From: Candidatus Saccharimonadota bacterium
GTDB lineage: Bacteria; Patescibacteriota; Gracilibacteria; UBA4473
Assembly: GCA_020632335.1 (NCBI GenBank)
Contig: JACKFV010000001.1
Span: 480,001-512,000, forward strand
Length of the DNA stretch: 32,000 bases
Direction of reading: 5' to 3'
Shown: positions 24,059 through 32,000 of the stretch, piece after piece
Position numbering within the stretch: the stretch's first letter is position 1
Layout: each line of letters starts with the position of its first letter
Position numbers and translations under genes: made by a program
Notes under the pieces: generated by a model
The model's database searches: none
What the model was told of the DNA's origin: nothing
Seen by the model: only the letters and a program-made list of their open reading frames with translations

Positions 24059-25024
24059 ATGAGTATGCCAGATATTAGCAGTCTCGTCAACTCTCTGCTG
24101 ACTTGCCAAGACAGAAAAACGGGGCATACTGCCCTGGTGAAGCGTAGTTTTACCCGGTTACTGGTGTGTCAGTGTGTGGCCATGGCGATGGTGCTGAGCC
24201 TACCGTTGATGGCGCTGGCGGCGCGGGCTTTCTCTCGGGGGGGTATGGGGCGGGTACAACCGCTGGAGGCCAGCGTGCTGCCCCTTACAGCGCGCGCGCA
24301 TGTCCCTCCGGTGATAGTCCCCGTGCGGCCCACCGTGCCCCAGCATGCGGACGTGCTGGTGGTGGCTCCGCACCCCGATGACGAGATACTGGGGGTGGCC
24401 GAGCGCATGCAGACGCGCCTGCGGGAGGGCAAGCGAGTGGTGGTACTGTTGCTGACCAACGGTGAGGCCAAGGACATAGGCGAGTATGAGTACTCGCATA
24501 TCTACAGTACGCAGCGCAAGGCCGAGAGCCGGCGGGCAGCGCAGATGCTGGGGATACCCGGGGCGGATGTACTCTTTCTCAACTTCCCAGACCGATCACT
24601 AAGTGCGCTGCAGGACGATAGCGCGACCATCTCCCCCTATACCTACCAGACCCGTACGGACATCGACAGCTATGCGCCGAATACGCTCTATACCCATGGG
24701 GCGCTGGTCTCTACCCTGGCGGAGGTGCTGCAGGCGCTGCAACCGGAGGAGGTCTACATCACGAGTGCAGAGGACGAGCACCCGGATCATGCTATGGCGC
24801 CTGAGTACCTGCGGGAGGCGCTATCTCGTTTGCCAGACTACCACCCGGCGGTGTATGCCTACCAGATCCACGGGCGGGTCTTTACGGGGGAGCCAGCGGT
24901 GCGAGAGCCGAAGGCCAGCCTGATAGACGTCTTCATCACGCAGCACCACACGCCAGAGAACGAGCGCTTCCTCGAGCAATACGGGCTCTATGAGGAGCTA
25001 TTTACTCCGCTGGCGTTACCGTAA
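24059..25024 (+). CDS. PIG-L/LmbE-family N-acetylglucosaminyl deacetylase with N-terminal membrane anchor
   Basis: VVAPHPDDEILG signature and a later HPDH motif. Start is uncertain: GTG 24050, ATG 24059 or 24065, or ATG 24182 (MAMVLSLPLMALAARA). Confidence 0.8.
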   Translation: MSMPDISSLVNSLLTCQDRKTGHTALVKRSFTRLLVCQCVAMAMVLSLPLMALAARAFSRGGMGRVQPLEASVLPLTARAHVPPVIVPVRPTVPQHADVLVVAPHPDDEILGVAERMQTRLREGKRVVVLLLTNGEAKDIGEYEYSHIYSTQRKAESRRAAQMLGIPGADVLFLNFPDRSLSALQDDSATISPYTYQTRTDIDSYAPNTLYTHGALVSTLAEVLQALQPEEVYITSAEDEHPDHAMAPEYLREALSRLPDYHPAVYAYQIHGRVFTGEPAVREPKASLIDVFITQHHTPENERFLEQYGLYEELFTPLALP

Positions 25025-25499
25025 ACTCTCCGTCGGTGGAGTCTAGCGTGGCACCCTGCACTTGCGGGAGTGACTCGGTAGTGGTGGCGATGGTGAGGAG
25101 CTGCTGGCGTGTGTGGGGGTAGCGGTGTGCGTCGGTGATGAAGTCCAGTGCGTAGCTGCCAGCGTTGGTGCCGTCGGGGATGTACTCGATGAGGAGCGCT
25201 GCGCCTGGCAGGTCTTGTTCGGTCTGGAGGGCAGAGAGGGCTGTGAGTGCCGCGGGCGTAACGGTGAGGCAGAGCGGCTGGGGCACGTGCAGCTCATCAG
25301 CGTAGTCCTCCAGGTCTGCGAGCAGCAGTTCGAGGGTTTCCTCACTATAGCGGTGGAGGGTCATGGCCTCCTGCAGTGTCTCTGTGCCGCCTACCGCGCA
25401 GTTGCTGCAGCTCAGGCCATAGTCAGTAAGCAGCTCTTCGGCCTCGGGCATGAGGAGCAAAATCTCTTGGATAGTGTGGCTGGGGGCGAATCGTGGCAT
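25002..25499 (-). CDS. DUF1858 (hybrid-cluster-protein-associated redox disulfide domain) protein with C-terminal HesB/IscA-like region
   Basis: Start at ATG 25499 (MPRFAPSHTIQEILLLMPEAEELLTDYGLSCSNCAVGGTETLQEAMTLH), a typical DUF1858 CxxC segment. The longer track start would be antisense to the neighbouring gene. Confidence 0.7.
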   Translation of the reverse strand: MPRFAPSHTIQEILLLMPEAEELLTDYGLSCSNCAVGGTETLQEAMTLHRYSEETLELLLADLEDYADELHVPQPLCLTVTPAALTALSALQTEQDLPGAALLIEYIPDGTNAGSYALDFITDAHRYPHTRQQLLTIATTTESLPQVQGATLDSTDGEFTVTPAE

Positions 25500-25537
25500 G
25501 GGGTCGACAGTGCCACTATAGCCGCTATAGTGAGGCT

Positions 25538-26182
25538 GTGAAGACTTCTCTACGTCGGTTCGCGCGGGGGGTGCTCTGGGCAGGGGCTTGCCTGGGGGCA
25601 CTCGTGCTGCTGAGCTGGCTGTGGGTATATGGGAATGAGCACGCTGCCGCTACGGAGGACGCTGACTGCGCGGTGGTGTATGGTGCGGCAGTATGGCGAG
25701 ACGACACCCCTAGTGACGCACTCTATGACCGGGTGATGGCTGCGGTGGAGCTCTATGATGCGGGACGGGTACACTGTCTCATCATGAGTGGGGGGCCTAG
25801 TACCTATGGCGCGCATGAAGTAGCGGTGATGACGGCCATAGCGGTGGAGGAGGGCGTGCCGCTGGGCGCCATAGAGCCGGACGACCACGGGGTGAATACT
25901 CGGGCCACGGTGCGGAATATTACTGATGCCTCACGGCGCTACATCATGGTGAGTAACGGGTTTCACCTCGGGCGTATACGGCTTTTGAGCGTGCTTTCGG
26001 GGCTGGACTCCCTGGGAGATCCCCTCGACGTGCAGTACCACGCGGCGGCCTACTTGCACGGGCGCTACCCGAGGGACGACTACTACCACCGGCGAGAAAT
26101 GGTAGCCAACTTCAGCGCGTTGCTGGGCGACTGGGGAGAGGAGATAGCCGACTCTGTGCGTGGTTGGCTTGCCGGGTTATGA
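25538..26182 (+). CDS. DUF218 (ElyC/SanA/YdcF-like) envelope protein
   Basis: N-terminal TM GVLWAGACLGALVLLSWLWVY, then CAVVYGAAVWRDDTPSDALYDRV...CLIMSGG. Start uncertain (GTG 25538 or GTG 25493). The TGA stop overlaps the next ATG (ATGA at 26179-26182). Confidence 0.75.
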   Translation: MKTSLRRFARGVLWAGACLGALVLLSWLWVYGNEHAAATEDADCAVVYGAAVWRDDTPSDALYDRVMAAVELYDAGRVHCLIMSGGPSTYGAHEVAVMTAIAVEEGVPLGAIEPDDHGVNTRATVRNITDASRRYIMVSNGFHLGRIRLLSVLSGLDSLGDPLDVQYHAAAYLHGRYPRDDYYHRREMVANFSALLGDWGEEIADSVRGWLAGL

Positions 26183-27498
26183 GGAGCGGCTACACTGGGG
26201 GCATGCGACGACACTGGTGGTTACTCTTGGCGCTACTCCCGGGGGCTGCTCTGGCGGCGGAGGGAGTGCTGGACTCCTCAGGTCTGGAGATACAGTATGA
26301 GGGCATGGGTATAGATGGCACCAGCTGGCCAGCGGATATTTCCTTCTGGGAGGTGCCCGCGGAGGAGCTGGAGAAGGCCGACAGCCTGCTGCGTACGCAG
26401 CCCAATGTGATCGTGCAGGGGGGCGAGATTGCCGAGAATGCGGTGATCAGTGATGCGCGGGGCATTGTCTACATCGAGCTACCAGAGGGTCTGCGTGTGC
26501 GGGAGCTCACCACGGGGCGCAGTCTGGAGGGGCGGATCCTCGCGCCGGAGGCGGTAGACCGGCCGAGTAGGTCGCCTGAGGGGGGGGTGCTGCACCTCTA
26601 TAGCTTCATGCTCGAGACCAGTACGGGGCGGGACGTTCGCTTCCTCGACGCCTTCACGGCCATTCACCCGAGGATCCTCCTGCGGCGGCAGTACCTCTAC
26701 CCCGAGGAGGCACTGGTGCATACGCCGGGGGTGCGGGTGTTGATGCTAATGAACACCGACGTGACCACCCCCAAGCTCTACCGCTGGGACGAGACCGAGA
26801 AGCTCTGGCAGAAGGTAGGGGGGGCCACCAAGGGCATAGGGGATAACCAGCAGGTGTTTGCGGCTTACCTGGACCGCACGGGGACGTATAGCGTCTTTGA
26901 TATGAACCCTCTGCCCGGGCTGGGCGGCATACAGTACCACGAGAGCGGGGTGATAGAGCTGGTGGAGCAGCCAGGCGGCCCGAGTAGCGAGATACCCGAC
27001 TGGTACAAATATGCCAAGGAGGTGGAGGCGCATATAGAGGATCACACCGAGATAGTAGACGTGCCGAGCTATGAGGAGGTCTTTCCGCTAGAGCATTTCG
27101 TCGATGCCGAGGAGAGTACCACTGGAGGGACGACAGACGAGGAAGAGATGGCCACCATACAGCCGGTGGAGGATACGCGGGTGATACCGGGCATACCGCT
27201 CAGCGGGAGCAGCGCAGCGCCGGCACCGTCTGAGGCTACAGGAGAGACTACAACAGAGGACACGGAGCGGGTGATCCCCGGGCTGGCTGCGGGTACTGCT
27301 GGCAGTGTGACGGCTCCCACCAGCATGCCAGTGAGTGCTGCTAGCACTACTAGTACCACGGCTACAACGTCCTTCCCAGAGACACTGCCCAGCACCGGGG
27401 CGCCTCAGGAACCTCCTGCAAGGAGCGCCTGGGGGACGGTACTGCTGCTGCTCCTCAGCATGGGGGCTGGTGCGGGGGTGTACCTGTGGAGGGTGTAA
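26179..27498 (+). CDS. Secreted surface protein with sorting signal LPSTG + TM + basic end
   Basis: Signal peptide MRRHWWLLLALLPGAALAAEG (alternative ATG 26203). Acidic and Thr/Ser-rich stalk. C-terminus LPSTGAPQEPPARSAWGTVLLLLLSMGAGAGVYLWRV (LPSTG = 27385-27399). No family recognised. Confidence 0.8.
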   Translation: MRSGYTGGMRRHWWLLLALLPGAALAAEGVLDSSGLEIQYEGMGIDGTSWPADISFWEVPAEELEKADSLLRTQPNVIVQGGEIAENAVISDARGIVYIELPEGLRVRELTTGRSLEGRILAPEAVDRPSRSPEGGVLHLYSFMLETSTGRDVRFLDAFTAIHPRILLRRQYLYPEEALVHTPGVRVLMLMNTDVTTPKLYRWDETEKLWQKVGGATKGIGDNQQVFAAYLDRTGTYSVFDMNPLPGLGGIQYHESGVIELVEQPGGPSSEIPDWYKYAKEVEAHIEDHTEIVDVPSYEEVFPLEHFVDAEESTTGGTTDEEEMATIQPVEDTRVIPGIPLSGSSAAPAPSEATGETTTEDTERVIPGLAAGTAGSVTAPTSMPVSAASTTSTTATTSFPETLPSTGAPQEPPARSAWGTVLLLLLSMGAGAGVYLWRV

Positions 27499-27537
27499 GA
27501 CTTGTGCTTTTGGCTCTACTGGGTTAGAGTGGTAGGG

Positions 27538-28578
27538 ATGCTTGTTGCTACTGCTCCTCGGCTGCGTGATGTGGTGTGTACTCTTGGTCCGGCCTGCGAG
27601 TCGCCCGAGGTGCTAGCGGCTATGGCGGCCGCGGGTATGACGGTAGCGCGGCTGAATGTGAGCCACCGCGACCACGCCTCCCACCGAGGGATGCACGCGC
27701 GGATACAGCAGCTGAATGCCACGCGGGAGCTCCCCGTGCGGTGTATGCTGGATACCAAGGGGGCGGATATCCGCTGTGGGGAGGTATCGGCTCCGGTGGT
27801 GGTGCAGGTGGGGGATAGCCTCATACTGGACTGCCAGACGCCGCAGGACTACAGCCAGACGGGCCTGCTGTATGTGGATTACCAGGGTCTGGTATACGAT
27901 GTAGCGCTGGGCACGGAGATCCTCCTGGATGAGGGAAAAATAGCGCTACGGGTAGAGGCCATTAACGGTGCGCGGCTGCAGACGGTGGTGGTGCGCGGAG
28001 GGAGGCTCAGCACCAAGCGGCATGTGCATGTGCCGGGGGTGCTGCTCAGCCTGCCGAGCGTGACCGAACAAGACTGGGACGATATTGCCTTTGGGGTGGA
28101 GCTGGGGTGCGAGCTCTACGCGCTGTCCTTTGTGCAGTCGGCGGAGGACATTATTGCGGTGCGGGAGTTCTTAGCCGGGCAGGGGTCAGACGCGCAGATC
28201 ATTGCCAAGATAGAGACCAGCAGCGCTGTGGAGGGCATCGAGGATATCCTGCGGGTGGCGGATGGGATCATGGTTGCGCGGGGGGACCTCCGTATAGCTG
28301 TGGGTATGGCAGCGCTGCCGCGGGTGCAGTGGCAGCTGGTGGCGGCGGCCAGGGCAGCGGGGAAGTACTGCATCGTGGCCACCGAGATGCTCCAGAGCAT
28401 GGTGACCGAAGCCGTACCCACACGCGCTGAAGCCACAGATGTGGCGCTGGCGGTGTGGCAGGGGGCTGATGCGGTGATGCTGAGTGCGGAGTCAGCCGTG
28501 GGGCAGCACCCGGTGCTGGCGGTGGAGGCGCTCTCGGCGCTGGTGGAGGAGAATGCTGGCTGGTCGCTTAGCCTCTAG
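27538..28578 (+). CDS. pyk: Pyruvate kinase, A+B domains only (no C-terminal regulatory domain)
   Basis: VCTLGPA, ARLNVSH, LDTKGADIR, AKIETSSAVEGIEDIL, DGIMVARGDL, ATEMLQSM, PTRAEATDVA, MLSAESA. About 346 aa versus about 470 typical. ATG 27538 preferred over the TTG track start. Confidence 0.88.
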   Translation: MLVATAPRLRDVVCTLGPACESPEVLAAMAAAGMTVARLNVSHRDHASHRGMHARIQQLNATRELPVRCMLDTKGADIRCGEVSAPVVVQVGDSLILDCQTPQDYSQTGLLYVDYQGLVYDVALGTEILLDEGKIALRVEAINGARLQTVVVRGGRLSTKRHVHVPGVLLSLPSVTEQDWDDIAFGVELGCELYALSFVQSAEDIIAVREFLAGQGSDAQIIAKIETSSAVEGIEDILRVADGIMVARGDLRIAVGMAALPRVQWQLVAAARAAGKYCIVATEMLQSMVTEAVPTRAEATDVALAVWQGADAVMLSAESAVGQHPVLAVEALSALVEENAGWSLSL

Positions 28579-28611
28579 TGGTGGCTTCTTTGGGGCTAGA
28601 TTTGCGCCGAA

Positions 28612-29505
28612 TTACGAGCTCCATGACGGGAGGTGGTAGTGCTCTTGCAGCGCCTGGACTTTGCTACTATAGGGCTTCCTCAGCACAGTGGTGGTACCAG
28701 GGCACCACTTGACCCCGCAGTGCAGCGCGTGCAGCCGCTCGGCATAGACGGCCACAGCACCAGAGTAGAGCGCTTGCAGCTCGCTCCTGGTACGGGGGGT
28801 GATGGTGGAGATGCCTGGGGGGCGCGTGTCTCGTGGGTCCATGAGGATGCCCAGCAGTGTGGCGGTGGGGCGCGTAGCCTGCACGGCAGCGATGGTAGGC
28901 TGGCTGACGGGAGAAAGGGCGTTGATGAGGACGACGGCTGTAGTGGTGCTGGGGGGCGCTACCGGAGGGAAGGGAGTGGCCTCTAGGCGGTCGCCAGCCA
29001 GGCGTGCCTGCGGGAAGAAGGGCGCTATGGCGGCCAGGCTATGGGGGTCGCGCACGGTCAGCGTGCTTACTGAGGAGCAGACATAGGTGAGCATTTGCCG
29101 CTGAAGATGCGTAACGGGAGGGTCAAAGCCCATGTGCGTGAGCCGCACCGTAGCGGTGGGGAAGAGTCTTCTCAGCCACCACAGCACGGCCGTCCACACG
29201 CGGTAGGCGCTGGTCATGCTGCCGGTGCTCCCGGCCCAGAGCCCCCCACCAGCAAACACCACCTCCGTGATGGGGTAACGGGTGAGGGCGGCTCTATACT
29301 CCGAGGAGAGCGCGTAGTGTAGCAGACTCCGCAGGCCCGCTGGTGGCCAGGGGATGGTACGAAAGGACTGCTCGCAGAACTGCTGGGAGAACTCAGGGTC
29401 ACGGGTCATCACTACGGCGGTGGGGTACTCACGCAGCGCTGCGGCGAGGATGAGCTCATCGCCCAGGTTGCCACTGCCATAGTTCCCGACGAGGAGCGTA
29501 CTCAT
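28612..29505 (-). CDS. csaB: Polysaccharide pyruvyl transferase, CsaB-like
   Basis: N-terminus LLVGNYGSGNLGDELILAAAL and the FAGGGLW...MGFDP pattern resemble the PS_pyruv_trans/CsaB family. Its ATG overlaps the dnaN stop by 1 nt (TAATG). Confidence 0.62.
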   Translation of the reverse strand: MSTLLVGNYGSGNLGDELILAAALREYPTAVVMTRDPEFSQQFCEQSFRTIPWPPAGLRSLLHYALSSEYRAALTRYPITEVVFAGGGLWAGSTGSMTSAYRVWTAVLWWLRRLFPTATVRLTHMGFDPPVTHLQRQMLTYVCSSVSTLTVRDPHSLAAIAPFFPQARLAGDRLEATPFPPVAPPSTTTAVVLINALSPVSQPTIAAVQATRPTATLLGILMDPRDTRPPGISTITPRTRSELQALYSGAVAVYAERLHALHCGVKWCPGTTTVLRKPYSSKVQALQEHYHLPSWSS

Positions 29506-30614
29506 TAGGCCTTCAGCGGCATGATGAGCTGCAGCAGGCTGTCATCGCCCTTGGGGGTGATGGTGATGGCCTTCATCTCGCTGCTGTCGCCCAGGTGCAA
29601 CACCAGGGTGTCTAGCCCCGTGAGGGAGTTCAGGCTGTCGGTCAGGTAGCCCTTATTCACGCTCACGCGCGTGCCGGGGCCTTGCAGGGTGCCCTGGCAG
29701 GTGGCCTCGCTCTGGCCGCTCTCGGTGCTGTCGGTAGCGATGGTGGTCTTGCCGCTGGAGTCTATATCAATGAAGAGCTGCTGGTTTACCACTCCGGCAA
29801 AGAGCCCCCCCTGCCGCACGGCGTGGTCTATCTCCTCGCGGCTGATGGTGAGGGCGTTGCTGTGGTCATGGGGGATGATGCGCTGGTAGTCGGGGAATTG
29901 TCCGTTGATCAGCCGAGACACCAGCGTGGTGTCCCCCAGTTGCAGGCTGAGCTGGTTCTCGCTGATGGTGAGGGTGATGGTGCTGGCGCCGCTGAGGCTC
30001 TTGACGGCCTCATAGAGTGTGCGTACGGGCACAATGCAGCTGGCCTCTGCGGAGGACTGCTCCAGGGGGAGGCGCTTCTCGGCCAAGCGGTAGCTGTCGG
30101 TCGCGGCCCAGGTCATTTGTTCGGTTGTGGCGCGCATATAGACCCCGCTCAGCAGAGGGCGGGCGCTACGCTCATTGGCACAGAAGGCCACCTGCTGCAC
30201 CGCCTGCTGGAAGGCACTCGCGCTGCACTGGTGCGTACTGCCCTCCACGGTGGTGTCTACGCGGGGGTATTCGTCGGCGGCGATGCCCTTGATATCTATC
30301 TTGGAGCCCTTGGTTTTCATCTGCAGACTGGTGCCCTTCTTCACCTCCAGCTGGATTTCTTCCTTGTCGGTGGTGAGGCTGACGTAGCTGCTGATGGTCT
30401 TGGCCGGCACGGTGATGGCCCCGGGGGTGTCTATGTGCGCGGGGCACTGGGTGATGATGCTGAGGTCGAGGTTAGTGGCGATGCACTGTAGCGTGCCATT
30501 CTCGGCCTTCAGTAGGACATTCCCGAGGACGGGCAGCGTGGGGGTAGCGGGTACCACGCGCGCGGCAGCCCGCAGGCACTGGGAGAGGAGCACGGCGTCG
30601 ACAGAGAGTTTCAT
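29505..30614 (-). CDS. dnaN: DNA polymerase III beta sliding clamp
   Basis: Start at ATG 30614 (MKLSVDAVLLSQCLRAAARVVPATPTLPVLGNVLLKAENGTLQCIATNLDLSI), the typical DnaN N-terminus. About 369 aa, ending ...LLQLIMPLKA. Confidence 0.9.
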   Translation of the reverse strand: MKLSVDAVLLSQCLRAAARVVPATPTLPVLGNVLLKAENGTLQCIATNLDLSIITQCPAHIDTPGAITVPAKTISSYVSLTTDKEEIQLEVKKGTSLQMKTKGSKIDIKGIAADEYPRVDTTVEGSTHQCSASAFQQAVQQVAFCANERSARPLLSGVYMRATTEQMTWAATDSYRLAEKRLPLEQSSAEASCIVPVRTLYEAVKSLSGASTITLTISENQLSLQLGDTTLVSRLINGQFPDYQRIIPHDHSNALTISREEIDHAVRQGGLFAGVVNQQLFIDIDSSGKTTIATDSTESGQSEATCQGTLQGPGTRVSVNKGYLTDSLNSLTGLDTLVLHLGDSSEMKAITITPKGDDSLLQLIMPLKA

Positions 30615-30672
30615 GAGCGGGAAGCTAGCATACAGCCTGAGCGTAGTGATATAGTGGGTACTTACAAGCGAA

Positions 30673-31383
30673 TTATGCTGAAGCACTGTGGGAGATGAGG
30701 GTACCTACGTCCTCCCCTGCGGCGGCTCTGAGGCTCAGCCCCGGGACGCCAAAGCGCAGTACACGAATGGGGAGACTATTGGCTCTGCATAGCGCGAAGG
30801 CCTGCATATCCATTACCTGGAGGTGCTGCTGGAGTACCTCATCATAGGTGCGGTGGGCATAGCGCACGGCGTGGGGGTATTTATTCGGGTCTTGGTCATA
30901 TACTCCGTCAGCGCTGGTGAGCTTGATCAGCAGGTCGCACTCTAGCTCCAGGGCGCGTAGGGCGGCGGCGGTGTCAGTGCTGCAGTAGGGGTTGCCGGTG
31001 CCTCCGGCCAGTAGGGCGAGCTCCCCCATAGCGAGGGAGCTGCGCACCCGGAGGGCCTGGTAGGGCTCAGCGAGGGACGGGAGCGCGTGCACCCCCCATA
31101 CGCGGCTGCCCGGCAGGTGGGGCTGCAGCAGGCAGGCGTTGTAGTAGGTGGCCAGCATCCCCAGGCCGTCAGACACCGTGCGGTCGAGGGGCTGCTTGGC
31201 GTGGTCACGGGCGCGCCAGAGGTTGCCTCCGCCACACACCACGGCCACTGTATGTCCCGCGGCGCGGAGGCTCTGTATCTCGCTCGCTAGCCAGTGGAGA
31301 GGCTCTGGGGAGAAGAGGCTTTCTCTGCTGCGGAAGACCTCACCAGAGACCTTGAGCAGCAGGCGCAGAGGGGTAGTGGTCAT
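30673..31383 (-). CDS. pyrH: UMP kinase
   Basis: Start at ATG 31383 (MTTTPLRLLLKVSGEVF...VVCGGGNLWRA...LAGGTGNPYCSTDTAAALRALE), 236 aa. The 91-codon upstream extension in the ORF track is antisense to secY. Confidence 0.9.
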   Translation of the reverse strand: MTTTPLRLLLKVSGEVFRSRESLFSPEPLHWLASEIQSLRAAGHTVAVVCGGGNLWRARDHAKQPLDRTVSDGLGMLATYYNACLLQPHLPGSRVWGVHALPSLAEPYQALRVRSSLAMGELALLAGGTGNPYCSTDTAAALRALELECDLLIKLTSADGVYDQDPNKYPHAVRYAHRTYDEVLQQHLQVMDMQAFALCRANSLPIRVLRFGVPGLSLRAAAGEDVGTLISHSASA

Positions 31384-31548
31384 GGGTGGGGGGCTATCTG
31401 CTACAGGGTAGTGCGGTGGCAGGGGCTCGTCAATGCGCTTTCTCCTGCTGGGGTGGTAGATGAAGAAGCGAGTTTTTTTGACACTGGAGCGAATTATGAT
31501 ACGCTCCCACACGATAGGCGGTATAGTCCCTCTCTTTAGTCCCCTTGC

Positions 31549-32000
31549 ATGGATCATCTCCTCACGTCCCTCCACCAGATCTGGGTTACCAAATCCCTCC
31601 GGGATAAGCTCCTGTTTACCATCTTTGCGCTGATTGTCTTCCGGATTGCGGCGCATATTTCCATCCCTGGGGCGGACGTGGAGCGTATTCGCTTCCTTAT
31701 GGAGAATGCGGAGCAGGGCGGTGCGCTGGGGGTGTTTAGCCTGCTGACGGGTGGCGCGATGGAGCGATTCTCGCTAGTGCTGATGGGCCTGACGCCCTAC
31801 ATCAACGCCAGCATCATTATGCAGCTGCTGGGGGTGCTGGTGCCCAGCATCGAGAACCTAAAGAAAGAAGGCGAGCAGGGGCAGAAGAAGATCAACCAGT
31901 GGACGCGCCTGCTGACGGTACCGCTGGCCTTTGTGCAGAGCTACGGCATGATGGTGCTGCTGAATAACCTGGCGGGCCAGCAGATAGTGGATACCAGCAA
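31549..32000 (+). CDS. secY: Preprotein translocase subunit SecY, 5' fragment (continues past window end)
   Basis: Not in the supplied ORF track. Hand translation from ATG 31549: MDHLLTSLHQIWVTKSLRDKLLFTIFALIVFRIAAHISIPGADV...GGAMERFSLVLMGLTPYINASIIMQLL...LKKEGEQGQKKINQWTRLLTV. It aligns with the SecY N-terminus (LLFxIxALIVFRIGxxIPIPG, GIxPYIxASIIxQLL, KKEGExGRxKIxQYTR). An in-frame TAG lies at 31537-31539. Confidence 0.9.
   Translation, partial: MDHLLTSLHQIWVTKSLRDKLLFTIFALIVFRIAAHISIPGADVERIRFLMENAEQGGALGVFSLLTGGAMERFSLVLMGLTPYINASIIMQLLGVLVPSIENLKKEGEQGQKKINQWTRLLTVPLAFVQSYGMMVLLNNLAGQQIVDTS

Noticed and set aside
27538-28578. Possible catalytically dead pyruvate kinase (GDLRIA instead of GDLGVE, MLQSM instead of MLDSM).
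   Set aside because: On re-checking residue numbering, the metal ligands are the Glu of KIE and the Asp of RGD, both conserved here, as are the Thr of ATxML and the S/E of SxES. There is no evidence of inactivation.
31384-31656. 91-codon N-terminal extension of pyrH.
   Set aside because: The conserved UMP kinase N-terminus starts at ATG 31383. The extension is the reverse complement of the secY 5' coding region and promoter.
1-32000. CRISPR arrays, rRNA, transposases or integrases, and UGA-recoding (code 4/25).
   Set aside because: There are no regularly spaced direct repeats and no rRNA-like segments. No recombinase motifs appear in any frame. All conserved genes are full length under the standard code with no in-frame TGA.

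Overview
About 60-65% GC (spot counts), very tightly packed bacterial chromosome segment. Many neighbouring genes overlap at starts or stops, and Shine-Dalgarno sequences are mostly absent. Core genes: secA (3' fragment), rpoD, tRNA-Asp, tRNA-Ile, folD, galU, RNase J, pth, htpX, an SPFH protein, pyruvate kinase, dnaN, pyrH, and secY (5' fragment, missing from the ORF track). Envelope markers are Gram-positive-like: LPXTG-type sorting signals, SLH modules and a CsaB-like pyruvyl transferase. With the compact layout and near absence of TGA stops, this suggests an uncultivated compact-genome lineage, possibly Patescibacteria/Peregrinibacteria-like; that is inference only. The main feature is a ~7.8 kb gene (5413-13248) for a ~2,600-aa secreted repeat protein. 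It ends with an internal IPQTGG sorting-like motif, three SLH modules and a complete sortase catalytic domain (His/Cys/Arg present) fused in cis. Three other secreted proteins in the window carry C-terminal sorting signals (LPVAG, LSNTG, LPSTG), and no stand-alone sortase is present. Two AT-rich (about 15-30% GC) insertions interrupt the high-GC backbone. The first is a ~0.7 kb one-gene islet just downstream of tRNA-Ile, bounded by a 13-bp direct repeat of the tRNA 3' end, with no integrase. The second is a ~2.4 kb island (about 14.1-16.5 kb) with a beta-barrel-like secreted protein, a Nudix hydrolase and an overlapping unknown ORF. No CRISPR array, rRNA, transposase or integrase was seen. All calls rest on reading the sequence and translations by eye; no database search was run.
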